DNA of 64,000 nt from Mytilus edulis (Eukaryota): NCBI RefSeq assembly GCF_963676685.1, contig NC_092344.1:103168001-103232000 (forward strand), read 5' to 3'. The position numbers and the translations under genes are program-made. The notes beneath the pieces are model-generated. The model saw only the letters and a list, made by a program, of their open reading frames with translations. It was not told the DNA's origin and did not search any database. Every line of letters begins with the position of its first letter. Within the stretch, counting starts at the first letter, position 1. This document shows, one piece after another, positions 38,724 through 52,549 of this stretch.

Positions 38724-39356
38724 TGAAGGTAAGGACACACCGGTAACAGGCCCCTCATGTTTTCCATAGATAGACATCTTTATTATACTCGCATGCATGT
38801 TTCGTATGACCGATATATAACCAAATGAACGTTTAAGAATCATAAGTTATAAAATGTACTATTCATGGGGGAAAATTGATTAGTAAATACAACTTTAATG
38901 ATAATTGAGGTTGATGATAAAATAAACTTTTGTTCGTTAGTACTAAAGTGATGCATTTTGTGATAGATTTTTTTCGCCACTTGATCAAATACTCCAAACA
39001 AAATACATTATAATTCAATTTAGTAATATCAGTACTAACTTCTCAGTTGCACAGTAAAGTATTATCAATGAGACAAGTACATTTTTTGGATATTTGCTTT
39101 ATTGTTGAAATTTTTATTATTTCACAATCGAAAATGGTAAAATTCAAAGTTGAAAAAAATAAAATCAACATAAATTTTGACATCTGGAAGGGGATACTCC
39201 ATTACTTTTGAAGCTTTTAATTTGAGTTTTTATTGTTATGTCCTGATCAGTTTATCAGAGAATAATAAATAGAAAAAGGCAAATAAACTTATTCAAAATG
39301 ATAAATTTTCAAATTATACTGTGAACAGGTTGTTGCAGCACAGTGTTTGAACGTTA

Positions 39357-40321
39357 AGCATCAGTCATACCTTACCGGATAGCTCGAACGGACGCCTAAC
39401 GGATAACTTTTTTCAATCCGTTCATGTCCGTAAGACGTCCGTTCTTATCCGTTAAACGTCCGTCCATATCCGTTGCATGTCCGTTAAGCGTACGTTTTAT
39501 CCGTCGACGTCCGTTCTGTCCGGTGGAAACTTTTGAGCATGTTCAAAACTATGAACGGACGTCCAACGGATATAATGTCCGTTGAACGTCCGTTAGGCGG
39601 CCGTTTTGTACGGTACTCGTCCGTTTCGTTTCCGTTACGTTACGTGTCCGTTATACATCCGTTAAAGGTCTGGAGGATAAATTCACCAACGGACTTCTAC
39701 CGGACGTTTAACGGATAAAACGGATGTTGAACGAATGAGAAACGGACTTCTATCGGACGTATAACGGATAAAACGGATGATGAACGGATTTGAAACGGAT
39801 AAATGCTAATTGAAAATTTTGCGTCAGAAATGCTAATTATTGGTATGTAAGATTTCTTAAGGTTCATGAATTCTTATTATTCATAATCAATTTTATAGAG
39901 TAAGGGCACGTCTTCACAATCAAGCAGCTCTTATTCAGGCTAGACACTGCCCTTTGGTGGCATTTTGAAGAACAAACCAAAACCAGTTACACAGAAACAT
40001 TTGAATATGTATGCGATTTACATGTGTTATTATTGAAACCTTTAATTTTTCATCCGTTTTATCCGGTACGCTTCCGTTAGGTGTCCGTTTTATGCGGTAC
40101 TCGTCCGTTGGATGTACGTTCGACATCCGTTTTGTCCGGTACGTTTCCGTTTCTCGTTCGTTGCCTATCCGGTGTGTGTCCGTTATGCATTCGTTACACG
40201 TCCGTTTTATTCGGTCAGTACACCAACGGACTCCTACGGATAACAATTTTGTCATCGGACAACTTTTATTTTCATCCGTTAGGCGTCCGTTTGTGCTATC
40301 CGGTAAGGTGTAACCGAGGCT
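39357..40321. mobile_element. MITE-like element, probably PIF/Harbinger group (965 bp)
   Basis: ~48-bp TIRs AGC(A/C)TC(A/G)GT(C/T)A(T/C)ACCTTACCGGATAGC...ACGGACGCCTAACGGAT; TA (or TTA) duplication; many TCCGTT/AACGGA repeats; empty site in copy A at ~34290. Confidence 0.85.
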
Positions 40322-42562
40322 TACTTATCCTGACATTTGGCAACAACAAACCGTATTTCTTATACTGTAATTGCAGTTCTGGTATAGAAACAGACACGTG
40401 CCTTATACTTTGCTTTACTACCATTAAAGACACATGTGTTCTAGATTTTACAAGACTGTAATTGCAATGTATAATTTCCATAATTATAAATATGTGATTC
40501 ACTCTTTCTGACATTATATTGACCATACTATAAGGATATCTAACTGTTAGTTTGCCATTCCCAGCGGTGTCATAATACTCCGGGAATTGCTTTTTATCTC
40601 CCATAAACTAACTTTAATAACACATTTCAAAGTGTCATATCAAAGTTGAATCTGATATTTTCAATATTTACTTAAAGAGTAAACCAAAGATTATATTACA
40701 GGATTGATTGCAAAGTTAGTGGAGAAATGAATTTTGCACCAGATCTACATAGAGAATTAAGATAAATATCATTGCTACGATGAAGCTAAACGTCCCCTGT
40801 TGGCCACTAAAAGAGAGAAGAAATGCATGTTATGAATACAGAAGATTTGGAATATACGGGATCGAAAAAGCAACATAAGAACAAAAATATCTAATGTTGA
40901 AAGGGCAATACAGTGTATAAATCGCACACAATATAAACGGTATCGTAATGAATGATAAAACAGAAATTATCAAAGAACTTTTATCAATGGCATATTAATT
41001 CTCCATATTACAAAGGCATTGCAATCTAACATAAAACAACAACTGACACTAGATTTTGGCTTCGGACAGGTACCTGAATATATATAGTGTCTACAAAACA
41101 CTCATCAGTTGTACTCAAATCAAAATATGTGCAGGCTTAAGTAAGTTTTTGTGAGAATTCATTTAAAGATATAAATTCTATAACAAAACTAGAGGTAGCG
41201 CATCACTCAATTCAAGACGCTGCAGAATGCTTAGGGAGGACATCAGTTACTATAAGAAGTCTAATGAAGAGAAATCAAATTAAAAGAAAAGAAAATTAAG
41301 CGACAAAAATTCAACTAAATGTTCCTTAAATTTATAAACACTGCACAGAAACAAACTTTTGCGTTTTAAAAACCCAAATCAAAACCCGGATGAACTCGGG
41401 CATTTTATCATTTCCTGTTCCGGTAAGGACAGTTTCCATTTTTTAATGATGGTTAGATATGCAAATTTGGCATTTCCTGTAATAAAGTATCGACGTTTAA
41501 ATTTTGTTTTGCAGGCGAGATGATCTTGTGTACTCTTGGGTGCTGAACAAATTGCAGATGGTGTTGTTGTAAAAGTCGCTACAGCTTGATTTTGAGTGTT
41601 TATTTTTTTGTTAAACGTCCAATTTCAACTTATTCATTCCTATTCAGGACGAGAAAAAAAGTAAGAATTTAATACCAGGTATGTCTGTCGGTTTGAAAGA
41701 GGAGAAATGGAATGCTACTGGAAAATGATATGGGGAGACATTTGAAGGTTGAGCTACACAAAGACATTAAGACAACTGATGCTGCGTATCCATACATCCC
41801 ACACTGTATCATCAATACCAAATGCTGCGCAGAATTACTCAAGAGAGGATCAATGTTCTATACCTAAGTCAACCTTTCGTGCAAATCGAGCTTGAGCTGG
41901 ATCAGAGAATGACAATAATTTGTAATCGTATGCTTGAAATTAAATTCAAGACTAAAACAATATAATATAAAACGTGTTAGAACGTGTTTCTGTTTATCCC
42001 CAGTAAAGAGGTTTATCGTATATAATATTCAATTATAAGTTATTCTAGAAAAAATAAAAGTTTAGAGATAAAGATAAAGTTCACAACCCCTTCGAAAGCA
42101 TTCGGTCAAAAGTGTCATAAGATAAATGAATTATTAATTAACACACCACCAAATATCGTATATGATATTAAATTGTTAAGTAAAAAATATAAAAGTTTAG
42201 AGGTTGGTGCAATGATACTGATAAAAATGACAACCCCTGCGTAAGCATTCAGCCAAAAGTGTCATAAAATAAATGAATTATTAGTTAACACACCACCAAA
42301 TATGAAATGATTGTAGCGTTCAGGTAACTGTACCAACTTTACCGGGTGACAATTTTGTAATACATAATATCATATTCTATATGATACCAGTATATACCGT
42401 TATACTTGGGAATGTCAGGGTTGATGGAAAGAAGGTTTTTAACGGAAACACAAGTCTGAGTAGGTATTAAAAAGCAACGGGCTAATTGCATTGTTTCGAG
42501 TTTTCCCTACTTTCATCAATGTATAAAAGAATGCAAATGCAGTTTTAGTTGTTTGTGTATAA

Positions 42563-42760
42563 TTCGGAGTTGAGTATGACATCCATTATTACTGAACTAG
42601 TATGCATACATGTATTTGTTTAGGGGCCAGCTGAAGGACGCCTTATGGTGCAGGAGTTTCTCGCTGCATTGAAAACCCATTGGTGGCCTTCGTCTGTTGT
42701 CTGCTCTATGGTCAGGTTGTTGTCTCTTTGACACATTCCCCATTTCCATTCTCAATTTTA
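42563..42760 (+). mobile_element. Short 3' end of Penelope-like family A
   Basis: Matches ~9265-9457 (GGGGCCAGCTGAAGGACGCC...CATTCTCAATTTT). Confidence 0.85.
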
Positions 42761-45700
42761 CTAGTAGCAATTTAATAAATTCTTTATTGTTGGAGACTTT
42801 TCTATTTTAATCTTTAAAATAACAACCCAGAAATATTTTCTTTTTTCCCCCATTATTTTTGTTTTGTTTCACTCTTGTTGTTGCACTGTTGAATCGATAT
42901 AAGAAGATCTAAGATAAACTTTCATGCAATAGCAATCTCTTTATTTTATATATAAATATTAAAAAAATGACCTTGCAATAAGCTAAGACAAGCTGTAAAT
43001 AGCTCCCAGGAAATTTCTGTATAAAACAGATTTTGTTTTAAATATGACAAAAGATGTATAAAAAATCCAACATATTTACATTGCATTATAATATACAGAC
43101 ATCGCACAGTTTTTAAGAGGATAACTTATGGTTATTAAGGGGAAATATATCATCATTGAAATTTGAGATGTTACTGTCTTCACGATCAAAAATACATTTC
43201 AAGGTATTCAAACTTCACTAGGTGGAGCTAATTGAACGTTGTCATCAGGGAGACAAGAAATAAACCAAAGAAGGAAAATTCACTTGTTTGTTATTAGAAA
43301 AACAACATTAACAACCGTATATCATAGATAGAGGAAGAGAAAAAAACCTTTAGGGAGCATCTTTCAAATCTTATTTGTTTTAACAGACCTATTGATAGAA
43401 GTTTATGGCTGCACTGTTGTTGTATAATCATCAAGTCTGTTATTTTGTTGGAATACTATAATTACTGAACTTGTTTATAGTTGGTCACAAGAATAAAATG
43501 ATTAACTTTTTTGGGCTGCACAAAATGTACTTTAGCATTTAAAGATAGTGCTTTCTTGCCGTCTTTTTGTCGTTACTGTTTGAATTCTCGCTACTCGTAA
43601 TTACACCCGCCGATATTAGAGCTTAGGACGTATTTATTTTATGTTGTATATAATCGTTAGATTGAATTAAGTCATTTATTTAAAAAGTTCGGTCTTCTGT
43701 TTACCGTTCATTTATCCATTGAACAAGACTAACCAAAGTACTGAAGTACTGAACATCGAATGACCGCAAGTTCTTGTTGATGGTCACAAACACTTGTCTC
43801 ATAAAGAATCACATCTCTGTACCTGAAGGTGAGGTTAAAGTACAGATATATATTTTTTTCTGAGACAAGTTCGTGTGTGGATGATAAATTCAACCTCATC
43901 GTTATAACTATTATATTGTAGTGATACACATCAGTATACTCTGGTTTGTTGTTATATGAGACAATATCTGAAAAAAATAAATTTCCATGCCCCATCTTTC
44001 ACCAGCAATTATTTTTTTATTCAGGCATCTTTTTGGAAAATTTTAAGTTTCAGTATTAACTCGAGTATATAAATGCACCAACTGCAACCAATTAAACATT
44101 ATTTTAGATATTTCGTCAACTTCCCCCCCCCCCCCAAAAAAAAAAAATCATGTTGTCCCCTGTTATTTTCTGAAAATTAAATCATTCAAAGAATATTTAA
44201 ATTAAGTAAACAGCCTTCCGATTTTTACAAATTATTGCAGGATGTACTAGTAAACCACATAGACTAATTCCTTATTCCCATTAGAAACTTTTAAAAATGA
44301 ATTCACTTTGGTAGCAGGAAAGAACTGGATTTTTGAAATTGACATTGTTGCCACATTTAACAATTGTTTGAATTACAGATAACAGTTCCTAGATCCTTAA
44401 TGTGTGTTCTCCGATTTGTGCTATTAAAATACCGTGTCTTAAGACATTTTTTATTTTTTTTTTCTTATTGCCAAAAATTAGACTTTTTTTAGATATTGTC
44501 TCATATATTATATTAATATTTGTATAGTGCAGTTGCATGTATACATAACTTTCATCCATTTGTATATCATTCTATTTTAATATATCAATAATAGTGCAGT
44601 GCAAGTGCATGGTGAAGATTCTTCTATAATATATCGATTTTTCTAATAGATTGTATTTGAGAAGGAATTCATATTTTCCCCCAAAACGTTCAATGTCCCA
44701 TGCAGAGTTATCGGTCCTTGAGAGAGAGCAACGACCGATAACTATGCATGGGAGATTACAAACGTTCTTGAGATATTCTTCCGCATGCGTTAACACACCT
44801 TTTTGTACGTGTGCATATAATTATGTTATTTTTTTTTAACTTATTATGTTTATATTTCTTACGACAAACCATGTTCATATTGTTAATTTATGTTCTAAAA
44901 AAAATATTTTTAGAAGTAGCCATTGAATAAAATGAATTTATAACAAGCGATAAGGAAGGTTATTTTGCACTCGATAATGTCCGTGTATTTATCATGTTTA
45001 TAGATTGGTTACAATTCAAACACGAAATTAACGTAATGGAAATCTAGGCGACAGCAAGACACCGGAATATCCTCACGTTCATCCGATGAAAAAATGAAGG
45101 TAGACAATGTTATGTTGGGGGAAAAATTGAAAATCATACTTAAAATTAACTACTTATTAAAAAAAAAAGGAGATGCGGTATGACTGCCAATGAGACAACT
45201 ATAATCCGGAGTTCAAATGTCTGTCTATGGTAGGAGACCGACTCCGAGACCTTATGTTGAACTTCAGATATCCGTAAGTTTTGTTCTGTTGCTGAATGGC
45301 TGTCTAATTGATGTTTACCCTACATCTCATCTTATTCATATTTTCTTTATAATTATGAAAAAGAAGTTCAACATAACACATCGCTATCGTATATATAGGA
45401 AAGTCTTGCATGATTGTAGATTATTTGATCAGATTAACGAAATTGTACTGAGGTTCAGTCTCATGGTAAATTTTTGTGGATTTTTTTGCTGTTGTTGAAG
45501 TGTAAACATGTTTGGGCCATATAAAGGGCACAGTTTAATTAAAAATTCAAACAATATTGTAAATAAGAAACTCGATCAAGTCACAATAGTAGAATACATC
45601 ATTTTTTAAATATTTTTGACAGTTTTATAATTGAAAATAGAAATGTGAAAAGTCAGTTTGTTATTCAATGATTTACGGGGTTGGTGTCTGTTATATTCAT

Positions 45701-47563
45701 TTTTCATTTACTTTTGGTTTGAATTCCTTCAAAAAATGTCTCTCAGCTGTATAGGTTTCCTCATTGTTAAACGTCGCAGTGTGACATATATTTGCTCAAA
45801 TCTACGCAATTTAGAATCGTTGTTTCCTTGACAACCATACCACGTCTCCTTTTTTTTCTTTTTTCTTTTTTATATTTAACGGTTACCCAAAATTGCAATA
45901 CATCAATATCTATAAAATTTAAACTCTACTCATTCTTGTTTTTGGTCGGATTGTTTTCTCATTGACATGTTCCTCATTTCCATTCTCAATTCTTTGTGGT
46001 ATTAAAGAGAATTCATCACCTGCAACTAGCTCCTCGAAAAAATATCAAATAATATCAAATTAATTTCGGCAATCTATTTGTAAAATGTATTACGATTTAT
46101 TGGTTTATTATCGCATATTGCTGATCTTTGTTATTTTTTTTCTTCAATATTATTTTTTCTTATAGTTGTTTTCTTTTTGTTTCTAATTTTGTTTTTAAAT
46201 ATTTTGAATGACAACAAAGTTAAGTAAAAGTAACACACTGTAGCTTGATTTTAAACATTTATAATTCATACCTTAAAACAAACCTCCTCTCCATAGCAGC
46301 ATATAAAATATAGGGGAATAATTGCATTGTGTTTAACTATCTGTTTAACAAATAATTCATTCACAAAACTCACAGAAACATTAAAATTAGTTTGTCTACT
46401 TTTACACTAAGTTTTCAGGTTAACAATCTGTCGGAAAGTCTCGTTCTTCCATGAATAAAAAGTGTTTTCCAAGTAAATATATGTATAGAATACTCCTTAG
46501 GAATGAACACAATTTCTTTGGTATATCCTTTAGCGCGTCTATTTTTGTGGGTTTCTTGTATTTAATTATTGTCATATAACTAACATATTATGTCATATCA
46601 TTATCTAGGTTTAAATCAGTATTTCTGCAATGCAAATATATACACAGAAAGACAGTAAATATTAAAGGAAAATAAACCAAGAAAACTAGAGGAATTATCA
46701 CCATCGGTGCCATACCAGTCAGTAAAAATCCAAAATCTATGGCCAAACATGGCTAAACACAAAATATAAAATATTAAATGGTTCTGAAAGCATTTATGAT
46801 ATTAAAATTCAAACAGTCTTGTAATAAAATGTTCCGTTAAATATTGATACAACTTCCTCATTTATCATCGTCCTTTATTGATATCATATCTGTTGCAATG
46901 CATTACTCAAACTTTATGCATATATTGTTATCCGAATGACATAACATATCAGAGAGTCTTTTACATAGCAGATTCTAAGTTTAATCCAATATAGAACTTG
47001 CCCTGATAGAAGCATTTAATTATTAGTGATAATCCATTGTTTTATCGTGACAGGAACCAGTTATGTATTCCCGATGGAATGCTCTGCATTATTATCAGAT
47101 TTCAATTTCACTTTGCCTTAAACCATATTTCCATATAACTATAACCAAGCACCTGCTAGTGATAAGGCTTTTTCTATTAGTTCATTAGCCTACACTGATT
47201 TAAATGTACATTTATATATATTTGTGAATAAAAAAAGAATTTGAACATATTGTCATTGCAGAAAAATCAATCTGTTATAATAGGAACAAATACTTGACTT
47301 CGATGTCTATTTAGGAAGGAAATATAATAAATTGATTCATCTGTAAACTAGTGATAGGCCAATCCAGGCTTGATTGTCTAACGCCAACCACTAGCTTACT
47401 CACAATACTTAACCGAACATGACAGGGCTTCTGAAGCTTTTAACAACATCTTATGAAATGAAAACTCTAATCGAATGCAGCATATTATGTTTTATTTAGA
47501 AATTATCAAGAAACATTGGTTACAGCGGATATCCCTTTTCCTCATATAGCTCCAATCTCTCAA

Positions 47564-48211
47564 AGGGGCACTAGCTACGAGATATATAAAAAATCTAAAG
47601 TATGATTGTTTTGTTCAATCATTAATGAAAGTGAAATAATGAAATAATAATTTGCTTTTATCAGCTAAAATGGTTCAATTTTATCAAATTAGGCTAATAA
47701 ACATTGATAATGACTTATTCACTTGCAAGTGAATAACTCGACCTCATTAAATCCGTATTCATGTGAACTCCAATTTAATCCCGTAGAAAGAGATAGAATA
47801 ACGCATGCATTGTCCGTGTACGGTTATTTATGTAAATAATTTGATTAACTGATTCGATCCACAAATAAACATCTTTATAAAGATTAAATCGATGATAGAA
47901 ATAAATTTTTAATCTATAATACAAAATTTAACAGACCTATAAAAATCTAATTGCACGATTTGCTTAATATATTTATATCTCTGTTAATGTTTACATCGCT
48001 TATATGGTCATAAAAGTTCAACTCGATAGTTAATTAGATGGCGTCTTGGCTAAAATTCACACAAAACGAAACTACATCTTATTGAGACCGTGTCCTGTAA
48101 ATTCTTTATTTTATACTTTTGATAGTTTTGAAAAATGTTTTACATTGTTATAAATAAGGTATGAGAATTTGAGTCAAATCGATGGACATGAATTTGGCAG
48201 CTAGTGCCCCT
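47564..48211. mobile_element. Non-autonomous Kolobok-like DNA transposon (648 bp)
   Basis: Perfect 13-bp TIR AGGGGCACTAGCT / AGCTAGTGCCCCT; flanked by TCAA and TTAA (TTAA TSD with one change). Confidence 0.75.
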
Positions 48212-48501
48212 TTAATAGAGCTGGTAACCCTTCAATGCTTTTACTAATGTGTTTTGTTGTTACATAATATCTGAATAATTACAGGCCAAAATAGCAAGTA
48301 AACTCCTCTTTGGAGTTGTTGCTCTTTAATTACCTGTTCTATAGTGTTATAACTCTTATCTTGAAAAATTTTATGGTTAAATAGCTTACTTAAATAGCAT
48401 AACTGATTAGCAAGACAAGATCTACAGATGAGTATTATTTTTGCTAAAATAATTAGCAGACTGTTCTTGGGATTATAACCCTTAAAAGACCATTTATTTT
48501 T

Positions 48502-48722
48502 GCCACATGTGGAGCAGGATCTGCTTACCCCTTCGGAATACCTGAGATCACCCCTAGTTTTTGTTGGGGCTCGTGTTGCTTATTCTCTTGAGTTTTCTAT
48601 GTTGTGTCAATTTTACTATTGTTTGTCTGTTTGTCTTTTTTTTCATTTTTAGCCATGGCGTTGTCAGGTCATTTTCGATTTATGAGTTTGATTGTCCCTC
48701 TGGTATCTTTCGTCCCTCTTTT
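48502..48722 (+). mobile_element. 3' tail of Penelope-like family B
   Basis: GCCACATGTGGAGCAGGATCTGCTTACCC...CGTCCCTCTTTT, matching 59911-60130. Weaker copies near 21920-22090, 25095-25270 and 29920-30072. Confidence 0.85.
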
Positions 48723-50114
48723 AAATTAAGGCATATAAATCGTTTACCTCAATGCACCTCGAACGATTCGACATTAACACAGCATAAATGTGAAAATTTA
48801 AACAATATTATAGAATTAACAACAACAAAAAATGTGACATCTGAATTTATATTTTCATAAAGGAAACCGCAAAAATAAGAAAAATTTAAACATGTTCTAA
48901 TCTTATTGAAAATTAACATAATTTGATCAGTCATTTTAAAATTTGCAAAAGTGTTCCAATCATGGAAACGCATACAATTTTTTTATACTTGCAACATTTT
49001 GAGACCGTATATTTACGAAGCATTTACTTAGACTACGCTGAATGAAACTTTATGGACTGTGCTTCATGTACATGACATTATTTGAGAACAATGAAATGGT
49101 TATTTTATAATACTTTTAGCAAAATTGTAACAAGTTGTAAAATGGTGCAATCTTAACGAATTTAAACGTTACAGAAATGCGAGCTGTTATGCATGCGTGA
49201 AGTTACAGTTTGAAAAGTTTCAAATTGACCATTGTTAGCATGGGAACTGCAAGTTTGCGGTGATATTCGCTATTGCTTGTTTACATTAGTTTCTTATCAT
49301 AAAGTCGTGTCTGGTTTTGAAATGGTAATTGACATTATTGAAAAGGAGATACGTTGTTAAGTTAACTAAAGGAATCTTGCTATATCTACGAAAAATGATG
49401 CTTGCCTTTCATTAAATAAATGGTAATATATGACCCAGACAACTGATATATTCCATGTATTGAATACATGAGATGATTCATAGTTCAAACACACGATTTG
49501 TTTACATGATATCTTTGTAGTAGCATTGTTAAGTTTAATATTTATTCATTACATGACTCTCAAAACCTTACGAACACCAATCTACATACTCATTATTGTT
49601 GAAAACCCTATAACAGCTGCTCACAACACATATAATTCATTTGTGCTGATAGAATATACGTGCAACTGATAATAAAAGGGTTCTTTGTTCCTAGCTTACA
49701 TTCAACAAATAATGTGAAGCAAATTAATGACAAAACATTGACGATAGAAATAGGAACAGGCCTCTTTCAAACAGATTAACATAGTTTTAGTCTTTCGATT
49801 CTATAGCAATATTAGATCAGTGGAATATTTTCATAAACTCTACTGTATTACATCTATGATGTATTACAATTTTTTCTTGCGATGACACTTTCCCTCGTGT
49901 TTTTCAATACCAACCATTACCAATAAGCCTATTTTTAGAAAAAAACGTATTTTTCATTACATTGTATTACAGAGCAACACAGTCTAGTTCGGTGTTAACA
50001 TCGTGTTAAAAAGGGTACGATATCAAGCAAAATGACACACCATCCATTGTTGAGTGATTTAGACTTCTTCGTTTTCAAGTGAAACATACTAACAAAATTT
50101 GATCAAATTTTTGT

Positions 50115-50430
50115 TTGTTAAACGGTCAGTGGCATACATTTCATGATCGTTCAGGATAAAATCAAACTAACAATGAATACAATAGCTACATCCTACAATG
50201 GGGGTCGACCAGAGTGGAGGGCGGAATTTTGGAACGTCAGTATATTGAATGGAGACAGAACTAAGCCTTTCAATAGGAAATCTACAGATTCATCATAGTT
50301 TTGTTGCAATGTATGTTAATGTATAGAAAGGATGATATTCTCTACATGAGGGACGTGTCTGGATATTTATACATCCCGCATAGCCAAAATGCCACACTTC
50401 GGCAAATGTTTTACTGCCGGCCAAATGCCC
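50115..50430. repeat. Decayed SINE-like dispersed repeat
   Basis: Shares TTCAGGA...AATACAATAG and TACATCCCRCAYAGCCAAAA with ~35865-36180; ~41610-41890 is a weaker copy. Confidence 0.5.
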
Positions 50431-50467
50431 AAAATATATTTGACATAGTATGCGATATCTTTTCTAC

Positions 50468-50650
50468 CACAGCTGTACTTGGCAAAACTTCTAGGAATTT
50501 TTGGTCGTCAATGATCTTCAACTTCTTACTTTATTTTGGCCTATTTAACATTTATTTATTCGAGCGTCACTGATGAGTTGTTTGTAGACGAAACACGCGT
50601 CTGTCGCAAATATGAAATTGCAATCCTGGTATCTATGATGAGTTTATTTA
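50468..50650 (+). mobile_element. Partial retrozyme monomer; hammerhead at 50564-50607
   Basis: GCGUCA-CUGAUGA-GUU(GUUUGUA)GAC-GAAACACGCGUC-UGUCGC: core intact, stem III palindrome broken, one stem I mismatch. Confidence 0.8.
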
Positions 50651-52549
50651 GAACATATTTTGTTCGATAAAGAATCCTTAGATATATTTACAGTTTATGG
50701 TTTCCTTGAAAATGATCAGGAAGGGAATCCAATCCGACTCTCTAAAGCTGTTTGAAAGAACTGTTGATAACAAAATATTAGATAAAACTTAGATACCATA
50801 GTAAAAGTCTTATACATGTACGTAATTGACCGACAAACCAAATAAGAATGTTCTTTGGGTTTTCCAATGTTATATTCAAGGCTACAAATTTTAGTGTCCA
50901 TTGAGATTCGATTTTATATTTCAAATTAGTAACGGAATGGCTTACAAGCCATGACACAGTTCAGTATGAAAGATCGTGATGGCAAATTTATATCTCATTA
51001 AAATCGGGATTTGCAAGCAAACGTTTTCAAACGGAAAATTTAGAACAACAAATTGAATAGCATATTTGATTAAGATATAAAAAAAAACACCTTTATTCTG
51101 CTATTGGATAGAATAAATAAGCAACCAACCCTAAGTTAAAACCTTTGCAGAGCAAAGTATTAATAACGATTGATATATCCTTTTCACTACACATGCAAAC
51201 ATGCAAGCTCATATACGAAAACTTCTAATTTCCTAAAGTTAGGAAACCGGATAATGGTAAGTTACTATTGATAAAAAGATCATCCTGTAACTAGATTATT
51301 TTTTTTTCTGCAGCTAAAAATGGTAATCCTATATGACTTCAAAATACGAATTCACTTCTCTGACAAACCATTTACACGCTCATTTCTCATTGGCCACCTC
51401 TCATTTCTCATCAGGTAAAAAATAGTCTGCTTCCATCGTATGACGTTTGCCTATCTTAATCGTTATATTCATATTATACAGATATCATTAAAAAGGCTTC
51501 CCCATAAGGGCAAAACAATTCAAACGGGGTTATGGGGCCCAAATGACTAAAATTTGAACAAATGCTGCCAAAACATATTCGACAATCAAAAAATAAGAAA
51601 TCATTTAAATAACCATTGAGAACCTTTTAAAATTAAAAAAATTTGATAACCGTAAATGTACACCTCTAAACGTATGTCTCAAGAAGACACATTTTAAAGT
51701 TAATGAACTAACAGAGATTTCAAATGATAAACTGACAAACAATCATGAACAACTGATGTTTTATTTTAGGTTTTAAAAGCAAAAGATTAATTTGGGCAAT
51801 CTGTACTTTTATATCAATTATCCAAAAGGGCTTTCGTGAATCTTTTTTTACTTTATTTTCTATAGAAAATCTGTAGATTAAATAGTATACATTTAAAATT
51901 CGAAACAGTATGGAAAATAATAGGGGATGATAATTATCTAATATAACTAAATCTTGATTATGTATAAATACTGCCGTTTTCATTTCCGGGACGACTGACT
52001 TAATTTCAGGTTATAAGCTAATTAGTTTCATGTCTTTATTAAAAGTCATATTATAACTTGCATGATAAGGTGAAATCTCTCTAATAAGCCAACAAAGTCT
52101 TCTATTTAAATTCAATTATATTGATTAATATCTTGGTATTTCTGTGTTTAGCATGATATTGTGATTTCATGTGAATGAACAAAGAAAACAAGACTTTGAA
52201 GTATGATTTACCAGTTGGTGATGGTTGTAACCTCTCATCAGTTTTCTCGTTAAGGAAACCTTCATACATAGATAATTATTTATAACATTAGTTATACAAA
52301 TAATATCAGTTCAATAAAATGAGATAACTGACTCATATAAGCATATTGAAATCATCTCCACAGCTTTGTTTTAAAGTACAAAATGTAATACTATTTCCAT
52401 TTGTGCATATATTTAATAATAAATTAAATAAGAAATACGCGTAAATAGCAACATGCAGCTTTCGTCAACCGACCGTTGTCTGTAGAATATGTCAAGCTCT
52501 TATCATTAGATTTTAACTAGTTTATAAATTTTGTGAAAATGTAGCAAAA

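Larger units (their letters stand above)
38734..45420. repeat. Old tandem segmental duplication, copy B (expanded by insertions)
   Basis: See copy A. Extra material at 39357-40321, ~42050-42180, 42563-42760 and ~43740-45130. Confidence 0.88.

Noticed and set aside
39533-40461. Overlapping ORFs of 61-126 aa
   Set aside because: Arise from the TCCGTT repeats of the MITE; no transposase motifs.
43729-43995. 88-aa ORF as a host gene
   Set aside because: Contains FNLTFRY, most likely a decayed Penelope-like RT scrap.
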